Part shown: in pieces, positions 44,781 to 54,229 of the stretch
How positions within the stretch are numbered: position 1 is the first letter of the stretch
How the letters are laid out: each line of letters begins with the position of its first letter
Source of the DNA: Candidatus Calidihabitans tengchongensis
GTDB lineage: Bacteria > Sysuimicrobiota > Sysuimicrobiia > Sysuimicrobiales > Kaftiobacteriaceae
Length of the DNA: 64,000 nucleotides
Direction: 5' to 3'
NCBI GenBank assembly: GCA_031459615.1
Contig: JAVKIE010000013.1
Span: 226 to 64,225, forward strand
Notes under the pieces: model-generated
Databases searched by the model: none
Seen by the model: the letters and a program-made list of their open reading frames with translations, nothing else
What the model was told of the DNA's origin: nothing
Program-made: the position numbers and the translations under genes

Positions 44781-45944
44781 ATGGCGACGGCGGACGCGGT
44801 GGTTGTGGGCGGGGGCGTGACCGGGACGAGCGCAGCTTTCCAGCTGGCCCGGCGGGGGCGGCGGGTGATCCTGGTGGAGCGCGGCACCGTGGGCAGCGGC
44901 CCCACCGGCCGAACCGCCGGCATCATCCGCCTGCACTACTCCTACGAACCCCTGATCCTCCTGGCCGCCCGCAGCCGGGAGGTCTTCGCCCGCTTCGAGG
45001 ATGTCACCGGCGCGACGTGCGACTTCACGCGCTGCGGATTTCTGCTGCTGGCCCCCGACCGGGAGATGGACGGGTTGCGGGAGATCGTCGCCATGCAGCG
45101 CCGCCTGGGCATCGAGGCCGAGGTCCTCTCCCCGGACGAGGTGGCGGCCCGGTTCCCGCAGCTGGCCACCGACGATGTGGCCGGCGCGGCCTGGGAGCCG
45201 GGCTCCGGGTTCGCCGACGGCTATGCCACCGCGGCCGGGTTCGCGGCGGCGGCGCGCCGGTCGGGAGCGGACGTGTGGGAAGGGGTGACGGTCCGGGCGC
45301 TGCGGATCGAGGGCGGGCGGGTGCGCGGGGTGGAGACCACCCGGGGCCCGGTGGATGCCGCGGCGGTCCTCGTGGCCGCCGGGCCGTGGACGCCGGATCT
45401 GCTGCGCGCCGCCGGGGTGGACATCCCCATCCAGAGCTCCCGCCAGCAGGTGGTCCACTTGGCGCCGCCCCCCGGATGGCGGCTCCCGGTGGTGGTGGAG
45501 GATATGGTCCTGGGCCTGTACGCCCGTCCGGAGGCCGGGGACACCGTGCTGGCGGGCGTCCTGGAGGAGGAAGCCGAGCAGATCGTGCAGCCGGACGCTT
45601 TCGCTCCGGGCGTGGACTTCGAGTTCGTCGAGCGCATCGGGCGGCTGTGGGCCCGCCGCTTTCCCACCGCCCGGTCGGCCCAGGTGCGGGGGGGCTTCGC
45701 CAGCCTCTACGACATCACCCCGGACTGGCAGCCGGTGCTGGGGCCCGTGCCGGGAGTGGAGGGTCTGTTCGTCGCGGCGGGGTTCTCCGGCCACGGGTTC
45801 AAGCTGAGCCCGGCCGTGGGCGAGGCGCTGGCCGCGGTGATGGTGGGGGAGCAGCCGCCGGTGGATGTCTCCGTGTTCCGCCTCAGCCGGTTCGCCGAGG
45901 GGCGGCTCATCCGCGGCCGCCACGCCCAGGGAATACTGGGATAA
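44781..45944 (+). CDS. FAD-dependent oxidoreductase (DAO/sarcosine oxidase beta-like)
   Basis: VVGGGVTG, YDITPDWQP, GFSGHGFK. Confidence 0.9.
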   Translation: MATADAVVVGGGVTGTSAAFQLARRGRRVILVERGTVGSGPTGRTAGIIRLHYSYEPLILLAARSREVFARFEDVTGATCDFTRCGFLLLAPDREMDGLREIVAMQRRLGIEAEVLSPDEVAARFPQLATDDVAGAAWEPGSGFADGYATAAGFAAAARRSGADVWEGVTVRALRIEGGRVRGVETTRGPVDAAAVLVAAGPWTPDLLRAAGVDIPIQSSRQQVVHLAPPPGWRLPVVVEDMVLGLYARPEAGDTVLAGVLEEEAEQIVQPDAFAPGVDFEFVERIGRLWARRFPTARSAQVRGGFASLYDITPDWQPVLGPVPGVEGLFVAAGFSGHGFKLSPAVGEALAAVMVGEQPPVDVSVFRLSRFAEGRLIRGRHAQGILG

Positions 45945-46033
45945 TCTGCGCGATCTGCCCAATCTGCGCGATCTGCGCCATGTCTCCCCTTCGGATTGCG
46001 GAGATCGCGCAGATTGCGTAGATCGGGCAGGTC
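45943..46033. repeat. 9-bp-unit palindromic intergenic repeat, copy 2
   Basis: Four (A/G)ATCTGCGC-like units, a loop, then four inverted units; 22 nt identical to copy 1. Confidence 0.8.
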
Positions 46034-46077
46034 TGGGCCGGCAGGTTTCCCCGTCGGGCGGGGGAATCGAGTAAGAC

Positions 46078-47259
46078 GTGGGCTGGCGCCGCATCCGCTT
46101 CGACCGCAACGAGGTCGCCGGTGCCTTCGGCGACATCGGGACCGATTTCCCGCTGCTGGCGGGGATGATCCTGTCGGCCGGGCTGGACCCTGCCTCCGTC
46201 CTCGCCATGTTCGGCCTCATGCAGGTCGCCACCGGCCTGCTGTACGGCCTGCCCATGCCGGTCCAGCCCCTGAAGGCCATGGCCGTGATCGTCATCACCC
46301 AGAAGCTGGCTCCGGCGGTCCTCTACGGCGGGGGGCTGGCGGTGGGTCTGGCGATGCTGGTCCTGGCCGCCACCGGCGCCGTGGAGTGGGTGGCCCGGCT
46401 GGTTCCCCGGGCCGTGGTGCGGGGCATCCAGTTCGGGCTGGGGCTGCAGCTGGCGTCGCTGGCCCTGGGCCGCTACGTCGCCGCCGACGGCCCGGCGGGG
46501 TACGTACTGGCCGCGGTGGCGTTCGCGCTGACCGTGGCCCTGCTCGGCCACCGGCGCTGGCCCCCGGCATTGCTGGTCATCGGCCTGGGGGTGGGATACG
46601 CGCTGATCAGGGGCGCCGACGCCTGGCAGATCCTGTCCGGCGTCTCCGTCCGCCTGCCCGCGCCGGTGGTGCCCTCGGCCCGGGACATCGCCACCGGCTT
46701 TGTGGTCCTGGCTCTGCCGCAGCTGCCGTTGTCCCTGGCCAACTCGGTCCTGGCCACCCGCCAGGTGGTGGCCGACTTCTTCCCCGACCACCCCCTGACC
46801 GTCCGTCGGATCGCGCTCACCTACGCCGCCATGAACCTGATCAACCCGTGGGGAGGCGGGGTGCCCACCTGCCATGGCTCGGGCGGCCTGGCCGGCCACT
46901 ACGCCTTCGGTGCCCGCACCGGCGGCTCGGTCGTCATCTATGGGGCCCTGTACCTGGCGCTGGGCGTGTTCTGGAGCCGGGGATTTGCCGACGTCCTCCG
47001 GCTGTTCCCGCTTCCGGTGCTGGGGGTGATCCTGACCTTCGAGGCGCTGGCCCTGATGCGCCTGCTGCGGGACCTGCGCGATCCGCTCGACTTGTCGACG
47101 GCCCTGCTGGTCAGCCTGGCGGTCCTGGGTCTGCCCTACGGCTACGTGATCGGGCTGGTGGTCGGCACCGTGCTGGTCCGGCTGCGGCGGCCGCGGTGGG
47201 AGGGAGGAGAAGTCGGCTCCGAACCCGGGAGGAGCGCGGGCCCGGAGGTGGGTATCTAA
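46078..47259 (+). CDS. MOT-family molybdate/sulfate transporter
   Basis: GAFGDIGT, PMPVQPLKA, PQLPLSLAN, PTCHGSGGLAGHYAFGARTG. Confidence 0.85.
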   Translation: MGWRRIRFDRNEVAGAFGDIGTDFPLLAGMILSAGLDPASVLAMFGLMQVATGLLYGLPMPVQPLKAMAVIVITQKLAPAVLYGGGLAVGLAMLVLAATGAVEWVARLVPRAVVRGIQFGLGLQLASLALGRYVAADGPAGYVLAAVAFALTVALLGHRRWPPALLVIGLGVGYALIRGADAWQILSGVSVRLPAPVVPSARDIATGFVVLALPQLPLSLANSVLATRQVVADFFPDHPLTVRRIALTYAAMNLINPWGGGVPTCHGSGGLAGHYAFGARTGGSVVIYGALYLALGVFWSRGFADVLRLFPLPVLGVILTFEALALMRLLRDLRDPLDLSTALLVSLAVLGLPYGYVIGLVVGTVLVRLRRPRWEGGEVGSEPGRSAGPEVGI

Positions 47260-47266
47260 TACCCTG

Positions 47267-48349
47267 ATGCTGTTCACCTGTGTGGGCGACTACGGCGATC
47301 CGGCGCTGGCGCGGATGGCGGCGGGGTTGCGCGCCGCCTTCGAGCGCCGGGGGCACGTCTACACCGACGACCCCGAGGCGGCGGACCTGCGGCTGGTCTT
47401 CAACTTCATCGCCGTGGACCGGCCGCGGCCCTACCGGCGCCGCGCCAAGGCCATCTTCGTGGTGTCGGTGGCGGTCACCGACCAGCGGCCGGACAACGTG
47501 CTGCGCCAGGCGTACCCGCTGCTGGTGCGGTCGCTGGCCAACTTGTGCATCTACCTGGTGCGGGATCGGGAGGCGCTGCACACCTACTTCGTCACCCTGG
47601 AACAGGGCTACTACCCCATCCCCGATCTGGCCGGGGACGACTACTTCGACTACATCTACGAGCGCCTGCACCCGCTGGCGTCGTCCCAGCTGGTGATCGA
47701 CAACGAGTTCCACCCGGACCTGGAGCCCGGGCTGTGGGAGGGCGATGACCTGACCCGCCAGCTCAGCGAGGCCGGGCGGCGGCTGGACGCCCTCAACCTG
47801 CTGCCCGCCCCCTTCCCCATCCACGAGCTGCTGGACGAGCGCGACCTGCGCCACATCGAGCGCCTGTACGGCATCGGCGGGCTGTCGTACGGCAACCTGA
47901 GCGTGCGCAAGGACGCCCGGCGTTTCTGGATGAGCGCCAGCGGGGTGGACAAGGCCAACATGAAGGTCATCGGCCGGGACATCCTGCTGGTCAAAGGCTA
48001 CGACCCCCAGCGGCATGTGATGCTGCTGTCGGTCCCGCCCCACGTGAAGCCCCGGCGGGTGTCGGTGGACGCCATCGAGCACTGGATGATCTACACCGAG
48101 CACCCCTCGGTGGGCGCCATCGTCCACGTGCACGCCTGGATGGAAGACGTCACCTCCACCACCATCAACTACCCGTGCGGGACCCTCCAGCTCGCCCGCG
48201 CGGTGGCCGAGGTGGTCCGCCAGGCGCCGGACCCGGCGCGGGCGGTGGTGGGCCTGAAAAACCACGGCCTCACCATCACCGGGCCCACCCTGGACGACAT
48301 CTTCACCCGCCTGGAGCGCGGCTTCATCCGCCAGGTCCCCATGTCGTAG
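47267..48349 (+). CDS. class II aldolase/adducin-family protein with N-terminal extension
   Basis: GNLSVR, HWMIY, IVHVH, LKNHG. Confidence 0.85.
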   Translation: MLFTCVGDYGDPALARMAAGLRAAFERRGHVYTDDPEAADLRLVFNFIAVDRPRPYRRRAKAIFVVSVAVTDQRPDNVLRQAYPLLVRSLANLCIYLVRDREALHTYFVTLEQGYYPIPDLAGDDYFDYIYERLHPLASSQLVIDNEFHPDLEPGLWEGDDLTRQLSEAGRRLDALNLLPAPFPIHELLDERDLRHIERLYGIGGLSYGNLSVRKDARRFWMSASGVDKANMKVIGRDILLVKGYDPQRHVMLLSVPPHVKPRRVSVDAIEHWMIYTEHPSVGAIVHVHAWMEDVTSTTINYPCGTLQLARAVAEVVRQAPDPARAVVGLKNHGLTITGPTLDDIFTRLERGFIRQVPMS

Positions 48350-48423
48350 ATGAGCGGCCGCGGCCTGCGCCCCGCGCCCGACCCCCCGGCGCCTCCCGCC
48401 GGACCCGCTCACCGCACCCCCTG

Positions 48424-49647
48424 ATGCGCGCCCTGGTGTTCCATCCCACCATCGCCCGGTTTGTCCTCACCCGCGCCCTCTGCGCCATCCGCCGCTCGGC
48501 CGCGTGGGGGCCATGGGCGCCCCTGCGCTACCGGGAGGTGCCCGAACCTCGGCTGCCGGGGGAGGAGTGGGTGCGGGTGCGGGTGCGCCTGGGCGGCATC
48601 TGCGGCAGCGACCTGCACACCATCCACCTGGACAGCAGCCCCGCCCTGTCGGCCGTCACGTCGTTTCCGTTCGTCCTGGGCCACGAGAACGTGGGCACGG
48701 TGGCGGAGGTGGGCCGGCGGGTTGAGGGCCTGGCGGTCGGGCAGCGGGTGACGGTGGAGCCGGCGCTGCCGTGCGCCGCCCGGGACCTCCCGCCCTGCCC
48801 GTACTGCGCCGCCGGCCGCTACAACCTGTGCGTACGGGTAGCCGACGGCCACCTCAGCCCGGGGCTGATGATCGGCGCCTGCCGGGACACCGGCGGCAGC
48901 TGGAGCGCGGGATTTGTGGCCCACCGATCGCAGGTCTTTCCCGTCCCCGACGGGCTGACCGATGAAGACGCGCTGATGGCGGAGCCGGCGGCGTGCGCGG
49001 TTCACCCCCTGCTGGCCTCCCCTCCGTCAGACCGCGACACGGTGCTGGTCATCGGCGGGGGGATCATCGGCCAGTGCGCCATCGCCGCCCTCCGCGCCCT
49101 GGGCAGCGCGGCCCGGATCGTGGCCCTGGTCAAGCATGCCTACCAGGGGGAGGCCGCCCGCCGTCTGGGCGCTGATCGGGTGGTGCGCCTGGGCCCCGGC
49201 GACGCCCACTATCCGGAGGTGGCCGACCTGGTGGGCGGCGTGCTGCGGCGTCCCATGCTGGGCAAGCGGGTCCTGCTGGGCGGCGCCGACCTGACCGTGG
49301 AGTGTGTGGGCAGCGCCCGCAGCCTCGACGACGCCTTCCGGCTGACCCGGCCCGGCGGCACGGTGGTCCTGCTGGGCCTGGCCGCAGTCCCGGCGGGGGT
49401 GGACTGGACGCCTGTGTGGTGGAAGGAACTGCGCGTGACCGGCAGCTACATCTACGGCGTGGAAACGTGGCAGGGGCGGCGGGTGCGCACCCTCCCGCTG
49501 GTTCTGGAGTGGATGGCGGCGGGCCGGATGCGGCTGGGCCACCTGGTGACCCACCACTTTCCCCTGGAGGAGTACCGGGCGGCCCTGCGGGCGGCGTCGG
49601 GCAAGGCCCGATCCCGGGCGTTCAAGGTGGCGTTCGCGCCCCGGTAG
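48424..49647 (+). CDS. zinc-binding alcohol dehydrogenase family protein
   Basis: GICGSD, GHE, structural Zn cysteines, GGGIIG. Confidence 0.9.
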   Translation: MRALVFHPTIARFVLTRALCAIRRSAAWGPWAPLRYREVPEPRLPGEEWVRVRVRLGGICGSDLHTIHLDSSPALSAVTSFPFVLGHENVGTVAEVGRRVEGLAVGQRVTVEPALPCAARDLPPCPYCAAGRYNLCVRVADGHLSPGLMIGACRDTGGSWSAGFVAHRSQVFPVPDGLTDEDALMAEPAACAVHPLLASPPSDRDTVLVIGGGIIGQCAIAALRALGSAARIVALVKHAYQGEAARRLGADRVVRLGPGDAHYPEVADLVGGVLRRPMLGKRVLLGGADLTVECVGSARSLDDAFRLTRPGGTVVLLGLAAVPAGVDWTPVWWKELRVTGSYIYGVETWQGRRVRTLPLVLEWMAAGRMRLGHLVTHHFPLEEYRAALRAASGKARSRAFKVAFAPR

Positions 49648-49696
49648 CCTGGGCACGTGCGGGCGCAGCCGACGGCGCCGGGCCGCGCGGGAGGGG

Positions 49697-50980
49697 TTAC
49701 GGGTAGAGGCCGCGGGCCAGCAGGGCGTCGGCGACCCGCCCGATGGCGTAGATCAGGGCGGCGGTGCGCAGGTCCACGCCCCGTTCCCGGGCCAGCAGTT
49801 CGACTCCGTGGAACGCCTGGACCATGACCTGCTCCAGCCGCCGGGTGATCTCGTCTGCGCTCCAGAAGAACGACTGCAGATCCTGGACCCACTCGAAGTA
49901 GGAGACCGTCACCCCGCCGGCATTGGCCAGGATGTCGGGGACCACCAGCACGCCCCGGTCGTCCAGGATCTGGTCGGCCTCGGGGGTGGTGGGGCCGTTG
50001 GCGGCCTCCACGATCATCCGGGCCTGGACCCGGGCGGCATTGCGGGCGGTGATCTGGCCCTCGACCGCGGCCGGCACCAGGATCTCGCAGGGCAGTTCCA
50101 GCAGCTGCTCGTTGGTGACGGTCCGGGCGCGGGGAAACCCCTGGACGCGGCCCGTGCGGCGCACGTGCTCGGCGACCTCCCACGGGTTCAGCCCGGCCGG
50201 GTTGTAGATGCCCCCGAACACGTCGCTCACGGCCACCACCCGGCACCCCAGGTCGTGGAGCAGGCAGGCGGCCACCGAGCCCACGTTGCCGAACCCCTGC
50301 ACTACCACCCGGCTGCCGGCCAGGGGCAGGCCCGCCAGCGCGGCCGCCTCCCGCGCAACGATGGCGACGCCCCGGCCGGTGGCGTCCCGCCGCCCGGCGG
50401 AGCCGCCGATGCTCAGCGGCTTGCCGGTCACCACCGCCGGCACCGAGTGCCCCCGGTGCATGCTGAAGGTGTCCATGATCCAGGCCATGACCTGCTCGTT
50501 GGTGCCCACGTCGGGGGCGGGGATGTCGGCGTCAGGACCCATCAGGACGCTGATCTCGGTGGCGTAGCGCCGGGTCAGGCGTTCGAGCTCGCTCCGGGAC
50601 AGGGCCGCCGGGTCGCAGGCCACGCCTCCCTTGGCCCCTCCGTAGGGCAGGTGCATCAGGGCGCACTTCCAGGTCATCAGCATGGCCAGCGCCCGCACCT
50701 CGGCCAGGTCCACCTGGGGGCTGTAGCGGATGCCGCCCTTGGTGGGCCCCAGGACCGTGCTGTGGTGCACCCGGTAGCCGGTGAAGACCTGTACCGAGCC
50801 GTCGTCCATGCGCACGGGAAAGGCGACAGCCAGTTCGCGGTTGGGCGTGACCAGGTAGTCGCGGATGCCCCGGGGCAGGGCCAGGTGATCGGCGGCGCGG
50901 TGGAACTGGCGCAGGGCGGCGTCCCAGGGGTCCTCGGTCCGGGTCGCGGGCGGAGCGGACGGTTGGGGGGCGGACGCCAC
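49697..50980 (-). CDS. gdhA: Glu/Leu/Phe/Val dehydrogenase
   Basis: KGGIRY, MTWK, GGAKGG, DIPAPD, QGFGNVG, VSYFEW. Confidence 0.93.
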   Translation of the reverse strand: MASAPQPSAPPATRTEDPWDAALRQFHRAADHLALPRGIRDYLVTPNRELAVAFPVRMDDGSVQVFTGYRVHHSTVLGPTKGGIRYSPQVDLAEVRALAMLMTWKCALMHLPYGGAKGGVACDPAALSRSELERLTRRYATEISVLMGPDADIPAPDVGTNEQVMAWIMDTFSMHRGHSVPAVVTGKPLSIGGSAGRRDATGRGVAIVAREAAALAGLPLAGSRVVVQGFGNVGSVAACLLHDLGCRVVAVSDVFGGIYNPAGLNPWEVAEHVRRTGRVQGFPRARTVTNEQLLELPCEILVPAAVEGQITARNAARVQARMIVEAANGPTTPEADQILDDRGVLVVPDILANAGGVTVSYFEWVQDLQSFFWSADEITRRLEQVMVQAFHGVELLARERGVDLRTAALIYAIGRVADALLARGLYP

Positions 50981-50982
50981 GG

Positions 50983-51939
50983 TCAGTCCTCCCGGCGCTC
51001 GAAGGTGATCCACGCCGGCTGGCGCACGAATCCCAGCAGGGTGTTGACGCGCAGCATGGGCGCGTTCAGCGAGTCGTTCCAGGTGCGGATCTCCCGGTAT
51101 CCCTGCCGCCGCGCGTAGTCAATCACCCGCAGCTTCAGGGCCAGCGCGATCCCCCGGCCCCGGTACGCCCGGCGGACGCCGGTGAGCCCCTGGTAGAGCA
51201 CGTCGGGCAGCCGCTGGCTGCGGAGGACGACGCTTTCCCCCACGCACCGCTCTCCGTCCAGGGCCAGGATGTGGCCGTCGGGCAGGTAGTCGGGATTGTC
51301 CAGCAGGCGCTGGCGGTACTCCTCCCGCGTCGGCGGGGTGTAGGGCTCGGGCTGGGGGATGTCGGCGGCGACGGTGGTGTGCAGGTCGTACAGGGTGGCC
51401 AGCCAGTCCGGGTCGCGCTCCCGCAGCTCGGCGGCGGTGATCAGCCTGATCCCCCCGGTGCGGGCCGCCCGTGACGAGAGCGGCGCCGGGTCAAAGGACG
51501 CCACCAGGAGGCGCGACTCCCATGCCCGACGGATCTCGCGGAAGCCCCGGTCCTGCACGAACCGCAGGCTGCGGGCGAAGGTCTCCCGCACGCCGGCCCA
51601 TAGCACGGCCGGCCGCAGGGGCTGCATCGCCTCCACCAGTGCTCCGTACAGTCTCTTGCCGATGCCCAGCCCCTGGCGGTCCGGGCGGACGACGATCTCC
51701 ACCCACAGCTTCCGGGGGTGGTACATGCTGCTGACGTGGTGGTACTCGGCCATGCCGACTATCCCGCTGCCGTCCTCCGCCACCAGGCGGTGCAGGCGCA
51801 GGCGGACCCCGTCGTATCGGGCGTCTTCGTGGCGCCACTCGGCCTCCGACCACGGATAGTCGGCGTACACGGCGGAGGCGACGGCCACGGCCGCCGGATA
51901 GTCCCGGTCCTCGAAGGGTCGGATCGCCGGGGAGGTCAC
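50983..51939 (-). CDS. tandem GNAT acetyltransferase
   Basis: QGLGIG and TGVRRAYRGRGIA..LK..N.PML..N..LGF. Confidence 0.88.
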   Translation of the reverse strand: MTSPAIRPFEDRDYPAAVAVASAVYADYPWSEAEWRHEDARYDGVRLRLHRLVAEDGSGIVGMAEYHHVSSMYHPRKLWVEIVVRPDRQGLGIGKRLYGALVEAMQPLRPAVLWAGVRETFARSLRFVQDRGFREIRRAWESRLLVASFDPAPLSSRAARTGGIRLITAAELRERDPDWLATLYDLHTTVAADIPQPEPYTPPTREEYRQRLLDNPDYLPDGHILALDGERCVGESVVLRSQRLPDVLYQGLTGVRRAYRGRGIALALKLRVIDYARRQGYREIRTWNDSLNAPMLRVNTLLGFVRQPAWITFERRED

Positions 51940-51983
51940 GGATGATACCTTCGCACACCCGCCGGGGGAGGCGCAACCCCCAC

Positions 51984-53117
51984 TTACAGCAGTCGGGCCA
52001 CCTGCTCGCCCGCCACGAAGCCTACGGCGGCGATCCCCAGCCCCACGAGGAACATGTCCAGACCGCTGCGCAAGGCGCTGCGGCCCGTGAAGACGCTGCG
52101 GGCCGCGCCCACCAGGAAGTGGGACAGCATGCTGACGGCAAAGGACGTCCAGGTGGCCGCCGCGCCGTCCAGGACCAGGAACGGGATCACGGGGATGAGG
52201 GCCCCCACGGCGGTGGCCATGCCCGTGATCCCTCCTTCCCGCAGGGGGGAGAAGGCCGTCTGCCCGATGCCCAGCTCCATCTGGACCTGTTCCTGCAGGG
52301 CCCGGTCGGGATGGCGCATGACCTCCCGGGCCGCCAGCGCCGCCGCTTCGGGGGTCATCCCCCGGGCCTGGTACAGGATGGCCAGTTCGGCCTCTTCGAG
52401 GTCCGGCATCACCCGCAGTTCTTCCCGTTCCATGGCGATCTCGTGGGCGTAGACCTCGCGCTCGCTCGTGGCGGCCAGGTAGCTGCTGCTTCCCATGGAA
52501 AGGGCGTCGGCGATGAGCCCGGCCACCCCGGAGACGATGATCAGGTGGGCCGGGGCGTTCGCCCCCAGGACGCCCATCACCAGGCCGAAGTTCGCCGTCA
52601 GCCCGTCGTTGAAGCCGTAAACGGCGTTGCGCAGGAAGCCCCCGGAGGCGATGCGATGCCAGGGCTCTCCCGGTGCGCCGCCCGCCATCCCCGCCAGGCG
52701 GGCGGCGTGCTCCGCCGACTCCCGGGCCAGGCGGGCGGCGGCGGCGGCCGCGTCCGGGTGCCGGTAGCGGGCGGCACCCCGGAGGTACCCGCGGGTCTCT
52801 CGGCCCTCTTCGGCCAGCAGCAGGCCCGCCAGGGCCGCCCACCCCGCGGCGCGACCCAGCAGGGCCGTCAGGCGCGCCCGCAGGCTGGGGCGGTGAGCCG
52901 GCAGGGAGACCCCGGCGGCCCGCAGGAGGTCCGCCCACCGCGCTGCGTGCTGCTCCTCCACCTCCGCCAGTTCCGCGAACAGGCGAGCCTGCCGGGGATC
53001 GCGCGCGGCGGCGGCCAGGCGCCGGTACAGGAAGGCGGCGTCGCCTTCATCCTGCCAGTGGTCTCGCCACGCGGCGACCTCGGACCGAGAAGGAGAGGGC
53101 GGATGGGACGTGCTCAC
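51984..53117 (-). CDS. ferritin/rubrerythrin-like domain + VIT1/CCC1 transporter
   Basis: DEGDAAFLY..EEQH..ESAEH; RNAVYGFNDGL, ALSMGSSSYL; start approximate. Confidence 0.9.
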   Translation of the reverse strand: MSTSHPPSPSRSEVAAWRDHWQDEGDAAFLYRRLAAAARDPRQARLFAELAEVEEQHAARWADLLRAAGVSLPAHRPSLRARLTALLGRAAGWAALAGLLLAEEGRETRGYLRGAARYRHPDAAAAAARLARESAEHAARLAGMAGGAPGEPWHRIASGGFLRNAVYGFNDGLTANFGLVMGVLGANAPAHLIIVSGVAGLIADALSMGSSSYLAATSEREVYAHEIAMEREELRVMPDLEEAELAILYQARGMTPEAAALAAREVMRHPDRALQEQVQMELGIGQTAFSPLREGGITGMATAVGALIPVIPFLVLDGAAATWTSFAVSMLSHFLVGAARSVFTGRSALRSGLDMFLVGLGIAAVGFVAGEQVARLL

Positions 53118-53159
53118 ACGTATGAGTGTTCTCCGGACTAGGCCGGGCGCCTGCGCGTC

Positions 53160-53189
53160 TTGTGGGAGGGCGGAGAGCCGCCATATAAT
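53160..53189 (+). promoter_or_regulatory. sigma70-like promoter of the tRNA operon
   Basis: TTGTGG-18-TATAAT directly upstream of tRNA-Tyr. Confidence 0.6.
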
Positions 53190-53200
53190 GCTAGTCGGTC

Positions 53201-53287
53201 GGGCGGGTACCGAAGCGGCCAAACGGGGCTGACTGTAGATCAGCTGGCGGAATGCCTTCGGAGGTTCGAATCCTTCCCCGCCCACCA
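53201..53287 (+). tRNA. tRNA-Tyr(GTA)
   Basis: GGGCGGG/CCCGCCC acceptor stem, GCTGA-CTGTAGA-TCAGC anticodon arm, long variable arm, GGTTCGAATCC, CCA end. Confidence 0.97.
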
Positions 53288-53412
53288 CGGTGGAGGGAAA
53301 AGGGAAACGGTGGAGGGAAAAGGGAAGAAGGACGAGGGAAGAAGGAAGAGGGAAAGTGCCAGCCAGGAGAGTGGTTGTCCCCTTTTCCCTCTTCCCTTTT
53401 CCTTCTTCCCTC
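53288..53412. repeat. purine/pyrimidine 7-mer inverted repeat element in the tRNA spacer
   Basis: GGGAAAA-like units, an exact 20-nt tandem duplication, then TTTTCCC-like units. Confidence 0.7.
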
Positions 53413-53416
53413 GAGC

Positions 53417-53490
53417 GCGGGGATAGCTCAATGGTAGAGCTCCGGCCTTCCAAGCCGGTGATGCGGGTTCGATTCCCGTTCCCCGCTCCA
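53417..53490 (+). tRNA. tRNA-Gly(TCC)
   Basis: GCGGGGA/TCCCCGC acceptor stem, CCGGC-CTTCCAA-GCCGG anticodon arm, GGTTCGATTCC, CCA end. Confidence 0.97.
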
Positions 53491-53567
53491 CGGTCCGCTG
53501 CCGCGGCCGCTCCCGTCACCTGTTCGTGACCACGCGGCGGTACGGATCTGTCGTGGGTGACCTTCTC

Positions 53568-54122
53568 GTGAGGCGGGTCATCGCAGCCCTCCTGGTCGGC
53601 GGTGTCCTGCTGGGGCCGGGGCCGCTGTCGGCCCAGGAGCCCATCCGGGTGGCGGTGGTCGAGTTTGCCGACGACAGCGTGGACGGCTTCCGCATCGGCG
53701 CCTCCCGCATGCACGCCGAGTTTGCCGAGCTGCTGGCCCGCTCCGGGGGCGGCCGACTGCAGGTGGTGCCCGTGGCCCAGGTCGAGTCGGCGCTGCGGGC
53801 GCGGGGGGTGGGGCCGGAGGATCTCTCCCGGCCGTTTGGGGGATCCGCGCTGGCCGCTGCGGTGGGAGCCCGGTGGCTGGTGAGGGGACGGTGGACGGTC
53901 CTGGAGGTGGACCGCCCCGAGGTGCCGCCGGTCCCCGACGACCTGATCCGTCCCGTGCTGGTGCACGCCGCCCTGGAAGTCCAGGTTCTGGACGTGACCG
54001 AGCGGCGCCTGGTGATGCGGGACCTGGTGTCCACCACCACCGTGGCGACAGGGATCCACAGCCTGCGGGACGCGGCGCGCGAAGTGCTACGCCGGGCCGC
54101 GGCCCGGGTCGCCGGCCTGTAG
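53568..54122 (+). CDS. exported hypothetical protein (CsgG/TolB-N-like pattern)
   Basis: Signal peptide, RVAVVEF; start uncertain. Confidence 0.6.
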   Translation: MRRVIAALLVGGVLLGPGPLSAQEPIRVAVVEFADDSVDGFRIGASRMHAEFAELLARSGGGRLQVVPVAQVESALRARGVGPEDLSRPFGGSALAAAVGARWLVRGRWTVLEVDRPEVPPVPDDLIRPVLVHAALEVQVLDVTERRLVMRDLVSTTTVATGIHSLRDAAREVLRRAAARVAGL

Positions 54123-54229
54123 GCGGGCACCCGCGGGAGCGCAGTCCTGGCCGCGAGGGGAGCGCCGGCCGCATCCGCCGGCGCGCCGATCCCAGGAGTC
54201 CGGTGGCCGAGGTGAGAAGCCTACTTCCC

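Noticed and set aside
51984-54059. 691-aa ORF spanning the tRNAs
   Set aside because: The N-terminal half reads through the antisense of two tRNAs and another gene; the true gene starts near 53117
53201-54122. Integrated element at the tRNA genes
   Set aside because: No integrase, no duplicated tRNA 3' end seen, and housekeeping genes follow
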